The position numbers and the translations under genes are program-made. From Chrysomallon squamiferum (taxonomy: Eukaryota; Animalia; Mollusca): a DNA stretch of 64,000 nucleotides. The notes under the pieces are model-generated. The model did no database searches, was not told where the DNA came from, and saw only the letters and a list, made by a program, of their open reading frames with translations. Positions 38,020 through 52,656 of this stretch are shown piece after piece. The stretch's first letter is position 1. Every line of letters starts with the position of its first letter. The DNA lies in NCBI GenBank assembly GCA_012295275.1, contig CM022665.1, forward strand, positions 31,310,001 to 31,374,000, read 5' to 3'.

Positions 38020-38540
38020 AGCAAATCATTATACAGATAAATCCACAAGCATTCGAGTGACCAATGTTTGATGATTGCTTCATGAACAAATCATTATCCC
38101 ATTACAGACACAGATAATATTCTAGTAAAATGATTTACATGGACAAAGATTATAACTGTTGGAAGTTTATAGCAAATTATTACATGGATAAATATCCAAT
38201 TGTTGCTGAAATATTTGCTTGATGACTGCTTCATGAAAACAATTACTTGAGCAGCAAAAATTATCCCTGGTGGTAATATGATACACAATAATTATCACCA
38301 TAAAAATCTAATGGTATCACTACATGGATAAATTTACAACCATCACTAAAACCAATGTTTGATATTACTTCAAGAAAAAACATAATTATCATGATATCAT
38401 TGTGGGACAATGAATTACATGGACAATGATGATCACTAGTGGTAAAATCCTTATACAGATAAATATGTAAACATCACTGAAACATACGTTTGATGACTAT
38501 TTGATGGACTGGAACATCATTACCATTCCAGAGACAACAA
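38020..38540. repeat. Degenerate tandem repeat, about 130-150-bp unit, 4 copies
   Basis: ta(t/c)a(c/t)(a/g)gataaat ... ttgat anchors at about 38030, 38180, 38320 and 38452. Confidence 0.78.
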
Positions 38541-39172
38541 ATGTTTTACACTGACAAAAATTACAACTGCAGAATTCTGTTTGTATTAAGACAATTACTT
38601 TTATCTTTCTGTTGAAGACTGTTGAAATAGAGAAAGTCCAAAACAAACCTGTTAATGCATTTATTAGGGAATTCACACATACAAAAAATCTTTACAGAAA
38701 TTCCTTAGAAAGTAACAAGTCAGATCCACTTAACTAGTTAATAAATTAGCCAGTAACTGACATTATTTCTTCAGTAAGTTAAAACTTGAAAAATGTTTTC
38801 AGTTAACAGCAATGTTAGTGTGTTGTTGAAAAATACACACTAACACCTGTAATCCTAAATTTCTCCTTCTGGAGATAGTTGAATAAGAAGTAATTGGTGT
38901 TAACACATCAGGTACAAGTTTGGAAAAAAATGTTTGGTTTAAAAAAAAAAAAACAGGTCAGAAATCTAATGGATTTCTCTGACATACTCAATAAACTATT
39001 TCCAGCATTAATAAAGAAGCTAAAGAATTAGAATTTGTGGCAAAAGGCCAAACACCTTGTAGTGAGAATCTAACAGAGAGAACCATTCATTTCCGTTTTC
39101 ATCAGTCAGTGTGGTTTGGCAAAGTGAAAACAATAAACAATAGGTTTACACAAATGTACACTGGCTGAAAAT

Positions 39173-39203
<31 letters not shown>

Positions 39204-41454
39204 ATATAATATGAAATGTAGCATGATTTTGTTATATTACTAAAATGGCAAAGCAATATAAATAATCCCTGAAGCTAATGCATAAGCATTTTAGCATGTA
39301 ATGAATTATATTTCTATTTAATATAAAATGCAAATTCTAATATGCAGAGCAGTACAGTAATTATTTGCCACAAAAATTCAGTTAATAATTTTATAATGTT
39401 AAGACTTCATTTGATTTCTAAATATATCAATATTTCTAATTCTGATCTAAAAATTTGTAGCATAACCAAAAATCTATTCATAGACATGAAGATTATGAAG
39501 ATTTATAATTTCAAATCCTATGTGGTCAAGCCACTAGAGTTAAGCTTGGAATTAAATTCAGCTACTAGTTTCAAATCATAACTAATATGAAAGGCACTGG
39601 TGAATTCCCTTTTAAATCTACTCTTTTTTCTCTTCTTTTATTAACTTAGTAAAACCCTTTAATCAAGTTAACACTAATTGCTTATTAAGAATTTATATAC
39701 TTAATAAAATTAATATATTAAATTATTAAAAAAGTCAAATAGTTCTAGATCTAAGTATCAAACAGAATGAACAGTACAGGAATGGGAAACCTACAAAATT
39801 ATCTCAGAAAATATTCATCAATGTTAGTAATTTTTTTAATTTTTGTATTTCTAATTTCTGGAAGAATGTTCTTTCTAGCCAAAACAAAATCTGTAATTAA
39901 GTGGCCAGAATCACCAAGGTAGTAAAGAAGCCATCTGGTCTGTAAGACTGCCAAGAATGAAATTAACCTATTTTGTTCTTATAAAATGACTACCAAGCTG
40001 TTTTCATTTTAATAATAGTTTATATATTCATTCTGACATTACTGAAAGTAATTTGGACAAAACAAAATATATATATATATTTTTTTAAATGATGACTATT
40101 TGTTCAAACATCAATGTTAAATTACAATATGTTAACCAGGACATGCTAGTCTTTACATAAAACCACTTACAGAAACCCATTATATGATACAGAAATTTCT
40201 CATTTTATCTACATAAGACATTTCATATTATAACTTAAACAAAATGGATTTCTGAGAAAAGATTAAAAATAAGTTTCCAAATTCATTACTTGTTTAATAA
40301 CATGTGTAATTTATGGATGCTCACAGTGTAAAAGAAATCATTAACCTGATAATATTTACTTATAACAGGAATAAAATAATAATAAGAATACAAAATTTAA
40401 GGGGAAGAGAAATATATTATTTAATACACTTCTCTTTTTGTGCTTTTTCTTCATCTCCCTTTTATTTCACACAATAAAATGATTTGCTGTGTGAAGGAAA
40501 TGCGATGATACCTGGTGAAGCAGTACACCTATAACAAAATCTTTAAAACATCTGCCCACTGTCATTTTCCTGCCAGACAGAAAACTACAAAACAGTGACA
40601 TGTACAAGAGAATATGCACCATTTGGAGAAACAATAAACATCAAGGAATACTCATTTTGATCTGGATCTCTCTCCTACTAACAACATGCTGTGAAAGTTA
40701 ATATGTGCAAGACCAGCCTGCAGATATACACACATCATGCACATACACCAAATTCTACCATATGTTATTTTCATTATAGGCACCACATGCATACATGTCA
40801 AACATTTTTCTGTTTTGCTACCATGCATACTGAAAAGGAAATAAAGTATTTCCTGCTGAAAATCTCTACAAAGGGATGTTACTGTGTTCAAAGAGACAGG
40901 CAGGTTAACCAAATCCAAATGTTAATAATTGGATTAGTGTTTGAAATAAAAATAATAATTTGTTATAAGGCTGTTTTTGGAATAATAAGTGTGTGTGTGT
41001 GTGTGTGTGTGTTACATGTGATCCTGAGGAATGTTTTATATTATTATTTTACCTGTAAAATATGTGTGATATGTGTGAGGTTACTGCTTTTGTGATTATT
41101 TTAAAATTACTCAAAGATAACCTGTATAATTTACAACATACCATTAGTCAATGTTAAAGCACAAACTTCTTTTAATTTATTTTTATATATATTTGTATGT
41201 ATCTTGGAGGCTGCCTTATTATCTTTGTAAAATTATTATTCATAACAAACCTGAGTATTTTCAAAGTAAAATAAAATTAAACAAGTGAAACCAAAAATAA
41301 AGGTCAAATAAATTCCAGATAAGAATGAATGAATGTATAAATGAAAATCTCAGTTTATTTTATTGTTATTAGAAGTCAAAATATATGGATTTTGTTTACC
41401 ATTAACTAAGATACAAGAGTGAAAAACAACTGCTATTCTATAACATATATATTA

Positions 41455-41600
41455 ACTAGTAGCAAAAAAGAAGTTTCTGCACACACCTTCCCATAAACAG
41501 AAAATGCACATAAATAAATCAGTCACACACACATGGCTGAAACTGGAAACGGCTTGTTGAAAGCACTGTACAGGACTGATCCTACAACCTATCATACCCC
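41455..41600 (-). mobile_element. Decayed SINE-like interspersed repeat fragment
   Basis: ttcccataaacagaaaatgcacat and gatcctacaacctatcat blocks are related to the copies at 24428, 46312 and the reverse complement of 51663-51790. Confidence 0.4.
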
Positions 41601-41658
41601 ATATATGTGAAGTAAGCTTTTATCTCTCTGTGCTTACTTCACATATATGGGGTATGAT
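41591..41658. repeat. Perfect 27-bp inverted repeat with a 14-nt loop
   Basis: ATCATACCCCATATATGTGAAGTAAGC at 41591-41617 and its exact reverse complement at 41632-41658. Confidence 0.97.
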
Positions 41659-43891
41659 TAGAGACAAATCAGTTTAGAAAAAAGTCAAGTACACTAAGTG
41701 ATAAAGGCCACATGTGTCCAGGTCAGCCAATGTCCACAATATATACAAGCCCAGATGTGTACAGTTTAAGTATGTGTTGTTTGTTTACACTGACCATCAA
41801 GTTTAATCAGTGACTGGTCAGGAAATAATCTATCCAGTAAGTAAAGAACAAATAACCATTAAGCTGTGTGTGTAAGTAAATGGAGGAATGTGTATTAAAG
41901 AAAGCTGATTAATTAGCATGATTAAATATGTTGGTAATTGAATATTTATATATCTACTATTTGAATGTAAATAACTTTGAAAGTGACTGTGACTATTTCT
42001 TATTATAGATGTCTTGTAAGTTTTATTAACAATTTTAGGACTGTTGTTTGTATTGCCATTAATATAAAATAATGAAAAACTGCTCATACAGATGCCTTCA
42101 TCTATTACATGCTAATTCCAATACAGTCAGTAAATTCTGTTTGTGTCTAAAGCCGAAATTTAGCATATGGACCATAAAGAAAAAAATATTAACAACAAAA
42201 TAAAAAATATATATATTTATATTGCATTTTTTCTTTTTTTATTCTTCTTTCTTTTTAAGAGAGATACATGATACATATATTGTATTTATTTAAGTGTAAA
42301 ATATATAGGATATAATTTTAATATTGAAATTTATTGTTGAAGTCAAACTGTTTAAAAGTAATTCTGTCACCTTTTCTCTAAAATGAAAAATCTATTTCCT
42401 TTGTCTGAAAAAAATATATAAATAGTAAGAAAATAAAATAAGAGAGAGAGAGACAGAAAAAAGTATTTTTAAATGATATGGAAGGGGAAGAAACAACCAA
42501 CAAAATCCAAGAAAAAAGGTAAAGAAAAAGATAAGATGACAAAGAAAAGTTTCCAGAGAAACAAATTTTTTTTTAGTTTGTTCACACATTTAATACCTCA
42601 GCACAACTGATAGGTTATATATATAATAAAGAATGATTTTATCTGTAGTAACAGAATTTATTGAAGTGAAATAAGCATTTGCCCCATACACATTCAGCTC
42701 ATTTATTAGACAATGCCCCAAATTGCAACTTATCAGCCAACTTTAGTGTGGGTATATATATACATATATTAATTAACTTGAACAAAAGAAACAAATAGAC
42801 ATATATATATGTGTATTTTCTTCAGTTCAAGTTACTTAAATCTTTTTTTAATTTGGGAGAGGGGGTGTTATTGTTGGTGTTTTATTTTGTTTGTATGTAT
42901 TTTTATTTAGTTACATCACAGAATATTGTTATAATTAACTGAACTACAATAATGTCATTTTTATTAAATATCTGTGAAATAAATAAGCAAGCTCGTTTTT
43001 CAGTCTTTTTGCTGTTAAGACAACAATAACAATAATATTAAACTTTTACGGAAAGAAAAGCAAATAACATCAGTCTTTGATAAATTAATGGAAGGGGCCT
43101 GGCTGGAATGGGAAATAGTTCTCTAATGCCACAGCCTAAAAGGAAGTGTAGCTGTGGATTGTTTAATCCCAAGATAATACTAACAAATATACCCCCCACT
43201 AACACCCCCTCCAAACCTCCCAACATGAAATATTTGCCAAAATATTGCCAAAGTATTCTTTAAAAGATCTAGAACAGAGATCAGAAACCAATAAGTTCTA
43301 AGTTTTTATAAATATAGTATTATTAAAGCAAACAGACTGAAACTAATTGGAGACCTTATGATCAAACATTGGCTCAAGGGAACATAATTATGACAGGGTC
43401 TGGAATGTGGTGAGGATGAACACAACTCATCAAAACCACTGAAATGAAGATTTTTCATACAGATGAGATGTTATTAGTCTGCATACAGCTTATTTAATAG
43501 GTGGTTGGTCAATGACAGCATACAGACAGAAGATTAATTATTAAATTTCACACTGTCCAAACCAGAAGAATATCTTTCTGTGCTGGTATGTAAAATTGTT
43601 ATCTACAGATCAATTGAATTAACATATAGTTGTGTGTTCATTTGTATGGGCATGTGCTTGTTTTGTTGATATGTGCATCAATGAATGTATTTATAAAAGT
43701 ATATTTTTGTATTTGTGACTCTGTAAATGGATGTGTGATTGACTACCTTTGGGCAATTTCATTATACATGGAGTATGCTTGTGTGTTTTTGTCTATAACT
43801 GTGCCTTCAGGCATTGTGGTCAAATGCCCAGAAGCTTGTTTACATTCAATATATATGTATGTATTGCTATAAACAATAAATTAATTTATTT

Positions 43892-43928
<37 letters not shown>

Positions 43929-46311
43929 AGAGAGCACAGTTTTTTTTTTTTTTCACATGGTTTTGATGGGTAGACAACATCATGAAGTCATAAAATATTT
44001 TACGTGTATTGACATATCATACATAAATGTAGTTTATGATTTCTGACTTTCTTTACTGAGTATATGTCCACATACTTCCCACTGACTTCTACTACATTAA
44101 ATGCTGACATATTTCTAAGTGCAGCTGCACTAGATATACAACAGCTGGACAGAAGAGGAGAATCAAATGCTTCAAGGTATTTATATATCCATTATTTATA
44201 TCTCACAAGAAGAAGATAACAAAAAAAATTGAGATATGATCATGGCTGTATTGGTGATATATGGAAGAAATAAGGAATAAAAAACAAAACCCGATGTGTC
44301 AGACTGATTATGCCAAGTTAAATGACCATCCAAAGAACAAACCAAGCAAAAAAAAAAAAAAAAATAAAATAAAATAAAAAATGTAAAACAAATAAATCTT
44401 TCTCGATGTTACTATCAGATGCTGCAGATATAATGGCCAGTAAAGAATGCACAATGATCAGTCAATGCCAGACTACTGAAATTAACTGGAAGTATTGTGG
44501 CAACAAGTGATTCTGAAATCTGCTTCTAGAGGAATTTCATACATACACCTATAATTGTATTTTGACATTTATGTAGATGCATAGTCAATCAATTTTTGAA
44601 CCATTTTAAGAGTCTGCAATTTTTAGTTTTATTTATTAATTAATTTATTTTTTAATATTAATTATAAGAATTTGAAATATGTGTGAGATAACAATTTTGG
44701 GGTTATTTAACAGTTGGTCTTGTACCCCAATCAGATGACAAGACAATCTCAGGACCCTTTGTTTTAAAATGCTATGGTTTAACCTGTAAGTCCATAATAC
44801 TTCAACTCTGTTTAAGCACCTGTATGTTATGTAGGTAGTGACTATACCTCAAGTGGATACAAACATCAGAAGAGTGGGTGAAAATGTCCATCAACTTCTC
44901 ACACTAAATAAATGACTAGTCATGTTTACCACATCATCCAGTTTATACCAGATGTTAAATTACTATTCTGTAACATGGACTACACACTGTCACCTGGATA
45001 CAATTAATACAGTGACCTTTGCATTAAGGATGTTTATTGTATAATAGAAATGCTTATGCAATAAATTAAACTAGGCCCATTAATTAACTGTTGTCCAGTG
45101 CATAGAGTAAATGATAATGCAGTTCATTATTTTTTAACACAAATGTGTGCATGCACACACACCAAAAAAAAAAAAAAAAAAAAATGAATAGCAAAGGAAA
45201 GGAAACTAATAGAAAAATGAAATTGTAGACAAAAAACAAATAAAAGAAAAAAAGAAAGAAGATGATAAAGAAAAATGATGATTTAAAAAAATACTGATCA
45301 ATTTCAACCTTTCAGATAATATTTTCAATAAATATAAAAAAATTTAAATAAAAGCTCTTGCCTCTTGGATTCATGTATGTATTATAAAATACTGATAACT
45401 GTTTTGTTATGAAAACTGTGTTATAAAATAAAACCCACAGATGGTTTTATAAGACGATCACCAGATGAGCCATGATGACTGGATATGAATATGAGATGTA
45501 TGAAATGTTGAAGAACTGCCAACACACGGTTTCCCAGACACAGCTGGCTTACAAGGAATTTGTCTGTTAAGCAGATTGAGGATCAGATCTGGACAAACAA
45601 TGGTCTAATCCATGTTAAACCGTAACTGCTAAATGTAGAAAGAATATACAAACTCATCAGTAATAATTATATCATCTTTAGGAAAAAACAAATATATAAA
45701 TGAATGTGAAAAAAACTACAGATCCCTTTTATTTTCAATGGATTTATAATTAGATAATTATATATTTAAAAAAGAAACAAAAAGAAATTATAGTTTCAAT
45801 CTTAGATGTTGTAGAAGTGGTTTGAGATACAGAAAAATGAAAGAGAGACAGAGAAAGAGGGATTGAAAGAGTGAGTAAGTAAATGAGTGAAGTACAGAGT
45901 TGGAGTTAGAAAAAGAGATACAAAGAAAGATGGGGAGAAAGAAAGTCAGAAAGGAGAAATGCTTGGTAACTGGTCTTTTCTTACTACATTGAAATTCTCA
46001 AAGGACTGATCAGCTTCTTCACACCATAAAGATAAGCTGTCAGCCACTACAACTGTAGATGTTAATTAACCTTTGAAAGCAGTTCACCAGTACTTTTACA
46101 TTTACTTAAATGAATTCTCCTAACATTTTCTTGAACCCTGACTGTTAAAATAAATACGTTTAATGTCACCTCAATATATTTATAATATTAACAATCATTA
46201 TGTATCAATTACCTGATTTTCTAATAAATGTGAAAATGAAGTCAAATGCTGTCATACTATGGACATGATGTTATTCTTGCTATTTTAAAATGATAGTATT
46301 GAAGACAAAAA

Positions 46312-46400
46312 TCAGTAACAGGTAGGGATCTTTTTTAGATGTTTCTCACAGACAGGAAAAACATATCTTTTAACTAATACATCACTAAAATGGATGTTGG
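46312..46400 (-). mobile_element. Decayed SINE-like interspersed repeat fragment
   Basis: agggatctttt...ttctcacagacaggaaaacatat matches the reverse complement of ttcctgtctatggaaaa at about 51763. Confidence 0.35.
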
Positions 46401-49400
46401 TGACTAACACAAACACAGTAAAAATTTACAGACTGAGGTAATTGCTATGGTGTGTAAATAAGTATATAAAATGTTCAGGGTATAAATGAAATTGGAAAAA
46501 AATAAAAATAAAAATAAAAATCTAAGCAAGATTAGTTGATTACTACTGTTAATGATGTATCAACAATGTGAACAGCTTTTTTCCTATCTTTTCTTTTTTG
46601 TTTCCAAGTGTGATTTCAGTTTTATATCTTTCCAAAATGATGCAGTTTTGGGTCCTTAAAACTGTCTTTAGCCCTGAATGTCAGCATAAAATCCAATTTA
46701 TGTTCTTTCTCAAGGTATTAACTTGCCACCCTGTCTGCCACTCAATTATTTCTTTATTTTTGGGCTTGGGCTGAAGTTACCATTGCAAAAAAAAAAATAA
46801 TAATAATAATAATATATATATATATATATAAAAATTAACAATTTAAAAATCATAAAAGAAATAATAATAAAAATAAAAAATCAATATTTGTTTTTGGGAT
46901 TGAAATATCCATTTGTTAAATATGATTTTTAAAACTAGGTGTACAAATACATGTTTGTCATTTTAATTTTTGATTTTACATGAGAAAACAGAATGAAAAT
47001 GGAATTAAATTTAAAAAAAATGCTTGACAGGTTTATTATTGCATGATCTACATTTAGAAATAAATTGAAAAGAAAAGAATTTTGTTTTTTAAATATTTAA
47101 AAAAAGAAAAGAAAGTTATTTGTTATCTGAATTTGAGCCAAAGATGCAAAAAGATCTAAAAAATGTTTTTCTCTGTTATTCCATAACAAAATATAAAAAC
47201 CTTTCAATAAAAATAATTTACTATTGCTGGAGAATACAGTTTGTGAATTAATTTTGCCTCATATATAATATCTGTTGGAGTTGGAAACAATGATTTTAGT
47301 ACATTAATTTATTACATCATGTGAGGGAAATATTTAACATGCTTAATATGAGAGCAGTTTTTTATTAACTAGAATTAGTTCATTCCTGTTAACAGATAGT
47401 GAAATGCCTAACAATTCTATATTTGCTTGCAAATATATTCCATAAACATAAAAGAAAATCTGTTTAAACAGTATTAGTGTAACAACAAACAAAGAGTAAA
47501 AAAAAACTCATATCTAATTACATCTTCTGCTACTTTATTTAATTCTATTGAATAACAAACCTCTGTTTCAACACACATAAAAAAAATAATAAAAATAAGA
47601 ATAAAAATAAAGATTAATGTTTAATACATTAAAAATAAAGTACACAAGATAATTTTACAGTGTCAAGTATTTCTAACAGAACTGTTTTAACAAGTAAGTT
47701 GTTCTCTAACAAATAAATGAAGCTGTGAAAAGCAAATTCCATCATCATGTGGCAAACAAAAGGTGAGAAAATCACTTCTGTGTAACATGGCATTAATTTC
47801 CTTGAGGTTTGTATGAAAAAAAAATAACAAGCCCCCAGTAGGTCAGATGTGTGCACTCATAGATTACGGAATCAAACTGGGAAGACCAACAAACCATAAA
47901 GTACAAGCCACAGGAATGCAAACAGTCATCACCTTGAAAGAAGAAACAAGATCAAAGCAAGCATTCACTAACCACAGCCTATTAATGAAACCTTCTGTCA
48001 AGATAGGGGTGGCAGTGCAACAAAAAAAAAATTGAAAAAAAAAACAAAATCAGGTATAGAGGGGGAAAAAAATTATTAAAAAATAAGCAAAAGGGGAACA
48101 AAAAATAAAAAAAATAAAATAAAAGAAAAATAAAAAAAAAAAGGGTAGGGAAAAAGAAGGAAAGAAGAAGTTGATCCAGGCTTCAGTAATGAAAGTCATT
48201 TGAAATTGTGTTATCTGCATTCATGGCACAGGGTCTTTAAGTGGCCAACAATGCCAGTCTTGGGTTTCCTCAGTTCATCGAGAAGAACTTTTCACTCTGG
48301 CTTTTATCTCATTTATTTATTACTCTTGAAATGTGTGTTTTACTCACTGCACTTGTTCACCATTTGCGAGTGTCTCTCCATAATTTTTTCTTTCTTTATT
48401 TGGTGTGCATCAGAAGTGAGAAAGCTGTGGTAATGATGTACCAGCTGTTGCAACAGACAGGGATGAAAATGATAATAGTCATCTTATCTTAATATTTGAA
48501 AAAAAATACTTCCTACTGAAATGTCTTCAGCAGATATAAGACCTTGGCAACCATTGCATTTCATTATTTTATCAATAACACTTTATTTAACACAGCCTTA
48601 ATTATTATATGTAGTGTTGCTTTATACAGTTTCACACACACACACACACTCAAACACTCAACTGATAAAATACTGTGGATTATTTTTCTAACAGTTTTAT
48701 TAATTTTTATCAGTAAGTAATTTAAAAATTGAGTCATTAATATATTTTGTGACCCTTTTATTCTACTTTATCTAATAAAGACATTGTTATGAATCAATGA
48801 TTGAAATTTTAAATTGTTATTAAAATATTTTCTTATGAGAATTTAACAACAGTTTAATGTCAGATTTTGTAAAGAAAACTACAGGATATAAACATCTGAA
48901 AAACAATTAAATAATAACTCATACATAATGATTATTTATTTGTATGTCATGTGGTGCAACAACATTTAAATGCAAAGCCTGGCACACAGCTGTTGTTGTT
49001 TTCTAAATATCTGGGTTAGTTAGGTAATATAATGAATCTATTCTATTATTGTAGTTTACAGAATTGATCTTGATGCAAAATGTCATAGGCTGAAATTTGA
49101 TGTAAATAAAACAAAAACTTTTAAAAGCAAATCTTAAAACTGTAATAATAAAAAAAAACCACACACACACACAAAATAACAGCAAAAACTGAAGAAAAAA
49201 CACATAAAAATCTACAAAAACCCAACAAACAAAAAAAAAGAAGAAGAAAAGATAGAGAAACACCCCCGCCACAGAATAGCAACTAACAACAGCAACAACA
49301 GCAAGAACAACAAAATCTTAAGGTTATTGTTATTTATTTTATTAGTTTTAGTCTTTCCAGGTATAATAAATTTAGCTCCAACAAACCTTCTGGATACAGC

Positions 49401-51662
49401 TGACAATTAAATAACTATCAAGTATGAAGATTTCAACCAGGTGAAACATTGATACCCGCAGTGGAAATTCCAGAAATATATTTACTAATGTAGATGTGCT
49501 TTATTACCCTATGGACCATCTTTTTCACCTTATGATGTGTCTGTACAAAGGTTAAGACATCACTGCGATGGGTTGTGACCATCTGAACAAACAGCAACAA
49601 AAATGATGAACAAGCTCAAATATTCACTTGAAACATTATCTGTGCAATATCTACCTCCCAAGTCTACCATCATTTGGTTAACTTCAAATCTAGGAATCTA
49701 ATTAAAGCCACATTTGGTAAACTTCAAATAGAGGCATATCTGAAATGTCTACTGGGTACAGTAAAATATGTTTCAAATTTAGTTTAAACTATTATTAAAA
49801 TAAGTTTTTTTTTAATAATTTCACATAGTTTAGTGTTAGTAAAAAAAAAACCCCACCAAAACACTAATTCAGTGACTGTATGGTAATAAAGATGCAGTGT
49901 ATTAATTCAGTTACTTGATAAGCTTGTGCAAAATAAAACAGTACTGTATTATCTGTGTGAAAAAACCCCAAAACAAAAACAACAAAATCCAAACCAAACA
50001 CTTCTGTACATTTACAACCTTTTAAAAGCAAGAACTCTACAAAATATCAAAACACAAATTTTAAACAAAGAAAGAAAGACAGAGAAATTAGAAAAAATAG
50101 AGAAAGAAAACATTTAAATCTGGGTAAATAAAATACCAAGTTTTAAGAATCCTTTTTCTAAGTTTGAATCTGAATAAAGCAAAACTAATTACAAAGCAGT
50201 TACTTAGCAATGGTTGGAATGGGTAATATTCCTGTTATTTCTTTATTATAATACTCAATCATATTAATTTTACTACAAATCATACAAATTCATAAATGAA
50301 TAAACTTAAACATTAAATAATTAATAACCAGTTTAACCACACTACACCAGCAATCCAAAACTATGTTCCATTAATGTTTCACACCATCCATCAAGTCATT
50401 ACGTCTGTATGTTGCCGAATGACAAAACAAATCATATACTTGTAATTTATCAATGAAAACACAGCTAACACAGTTTACAATCAGAAATGCGTGGACATTC
50501 CCTGTCCAAATTTGTGTAAGCACCAGTGGATTCTGATGCCATGTATCATTACGTGTCTCCAGAGAGCCGTCAAATGCATATGCCATGGATGAAAGGGAAG
50601 TTGTTCACCTGTAATTATGGCTGTCCAAACTGTAGCCGTTCAGCAGATCCACTTAGTGGTAAAACAAATTGACAGCTGATGACATGGAAATATCTGCTAG
50701 CTGACAGGAGTTTGCACTGAAGCATGAAGTAAAACTGCTTCAGTCATCAGGCATGAATGGATGAAAAGCTTCCAGCAGTCAGGGGATAACAGGAGCAAAA
50801 ACAAAGTAAAAATGATCAGGAAAAAAAAAGAGAAGGAAAACAACAAAAAAATTATAAAAAGTAACCCAGATGTTTAGTTTATATTCATGAACATCAGCGT
50901 TTTCAGAAAACACTTATTTTTATTCCTTAATATTTAGATTATTTTTTACGGATGTAATTTTTACATCGTCTTTAAAATTAACATACTGAATGTCACTCCA
51001 TAACCCATCAAACTAAATTAATTTAACTTATTATTACATTATAATAATGACTTCCCTATTTTCCTCTCATTTAGTTCATTATTAATTTATAAATTTATTA
51101 TTTATTTTAAATCATCAGGTGAATACGGACTTCATGACCAATCAACTGAAGTAAAACAAATTTCCCCTAAAAACAGATGGTGGCTTTATTATTTAAAAAC
51201 TTTATAAATAAAAGGCTTAATTTTTGGAACATTTCATAGACAAAAGGCTTGATGCTTTGAAAGCAACATACTTTTATATAAAACTGATTCTTTGAAAACA
51301 TCACAGATGAAAGGATTAATCCTTTGAAATTTTCACTGATATATAATAACAGTCTGTAAATGAAAGCTTGACAAGTCATCCTGACAACACAATTGTCAGA
51401 AACATAAAAGCCAACTGATCCAGAAAATTTAATATAATTATAAGATTATATACCAGTAGCTGTAAAGGTTAGGTGCATTTGCATAAATGTTAAATTGGGA
51501 TACAAAGTAAAGTTTACATAACCCATAAACTAACAAATATATTGCTATACAAAAACTAATAAATTCTGTATTTGTTTTCAAGAGTTTCCACAAATTAGAC
51601 TATTTATTCCTATGTATAAAAAAGGGGTGTGATATACCAATAAAATGCTTACTCCGGTGTAG

Positions 51663-51790
51663 CTGGGAAGAGTTGTAGCTCAGTGATAGAATGAGGAATG
51701 ACAGATTATGGGATCAATACTGGACTATTTTCTGTTATAACTAAAGTTCCATGCTATATGATTTCCTGTCTATGGAAAACTGCATATACT
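51663..51790 (+). mobile_element. Decayed tRNA-derived SINE-like fragment
   Basis: Pol III A-box-like gtagctcagtgatag, then gggatcaatac (degenerate B-box-like), then a body shared in reverse orientation with the other copies. Confidence 0.4.
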
Positions 51791-51794
51791 ATAA

Positions 51795-51836
<42 letters not shown>

Positions 51837-51909
51837 ATGTCCTTACTGTAAAATTGATTTAAAATGGTCTTAAGTTTAGAGGCAGCACATTTTCTTATTC
51901 AAATCACCA

Positions 51910-51949
<40 letters not shown>

Positions 51950-52605
51950 ACAAAATAATAATAATAAATAAAAGTAGAAATAAAAAATAAAATTAATCTA
52001 TATGTGATACCTAATAACTATCAATAGTTAAAAATGCTTATTTGTTATTAAAAAAAATATACATTCATCATTTGTTCATTCACTCCATTATTATTGAAAA
52101 TTCTTTCTTGACTGTTTATTGTTCAATTTACAAAACAAATGTTAACAACTATTCTATTTTCCACTTACTTTAAAAAAATTACTTTAAAAAAATAATAGTC
52201 TCGGAAGATATTATTCAGATTGAATATGATTTATCATTGTCAACTTTTTTGTTCACCTAGTTGCCAGAGTTCAGAGCAATAAAATTGTAAACCTGGAATG
52301 TAAGTACATGTGTCCTGTAGAAACACTCAATTATCTATACTTTTTTAAGTTTTTAAAAGAAAATCCAATTTTAGCCAACATGAAATAATAATAATAATAA
52401 AAAATTACTTTAAAATTATAGAAATACTCAATTTAACAGACATTATTTTAGGAAACATTTGTTTTTCAGATTTCAAGCATAGTTGTGAAAAATAAAAAAT
52501 AATAATAATACACAATTTTATTTGTTTTATAAGACATTTTCACCTGTACAAGATAAAAATTTTGTGTGCCATTAAAAAGGAATATGTGTTTTCAAAAAGA
52601 CTTAC

Positions 52606-52656
52606 CTGTTCAAATTTTCTAAGTAATCCCCTGAGACTGGTGTTTAGTTCTATCAT
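52606..52656 (-). CDS. Candidate alternative first coding exon: MIELNTSLRGLLRKFEQ
   Basis: Perfect consensus donor CAG|GTAAGT in phase 0, with the frame open for 31 codons upstream of it. Locally GC-richer, complex sequence. Confidence 0.45.

Noticed and set aside
40512-40622. Phase-0 ORF MVHILLYM...VLLHQ ending at CAG|GTATCA
   Set aside because: Weak donor and no other support; compatible with chance.
51663-51730. tRNA gene
   Set aside because: Only an A-box-like motif. No cloverleaf or intact TpsiC arm; better explained as a decayed SINE head.
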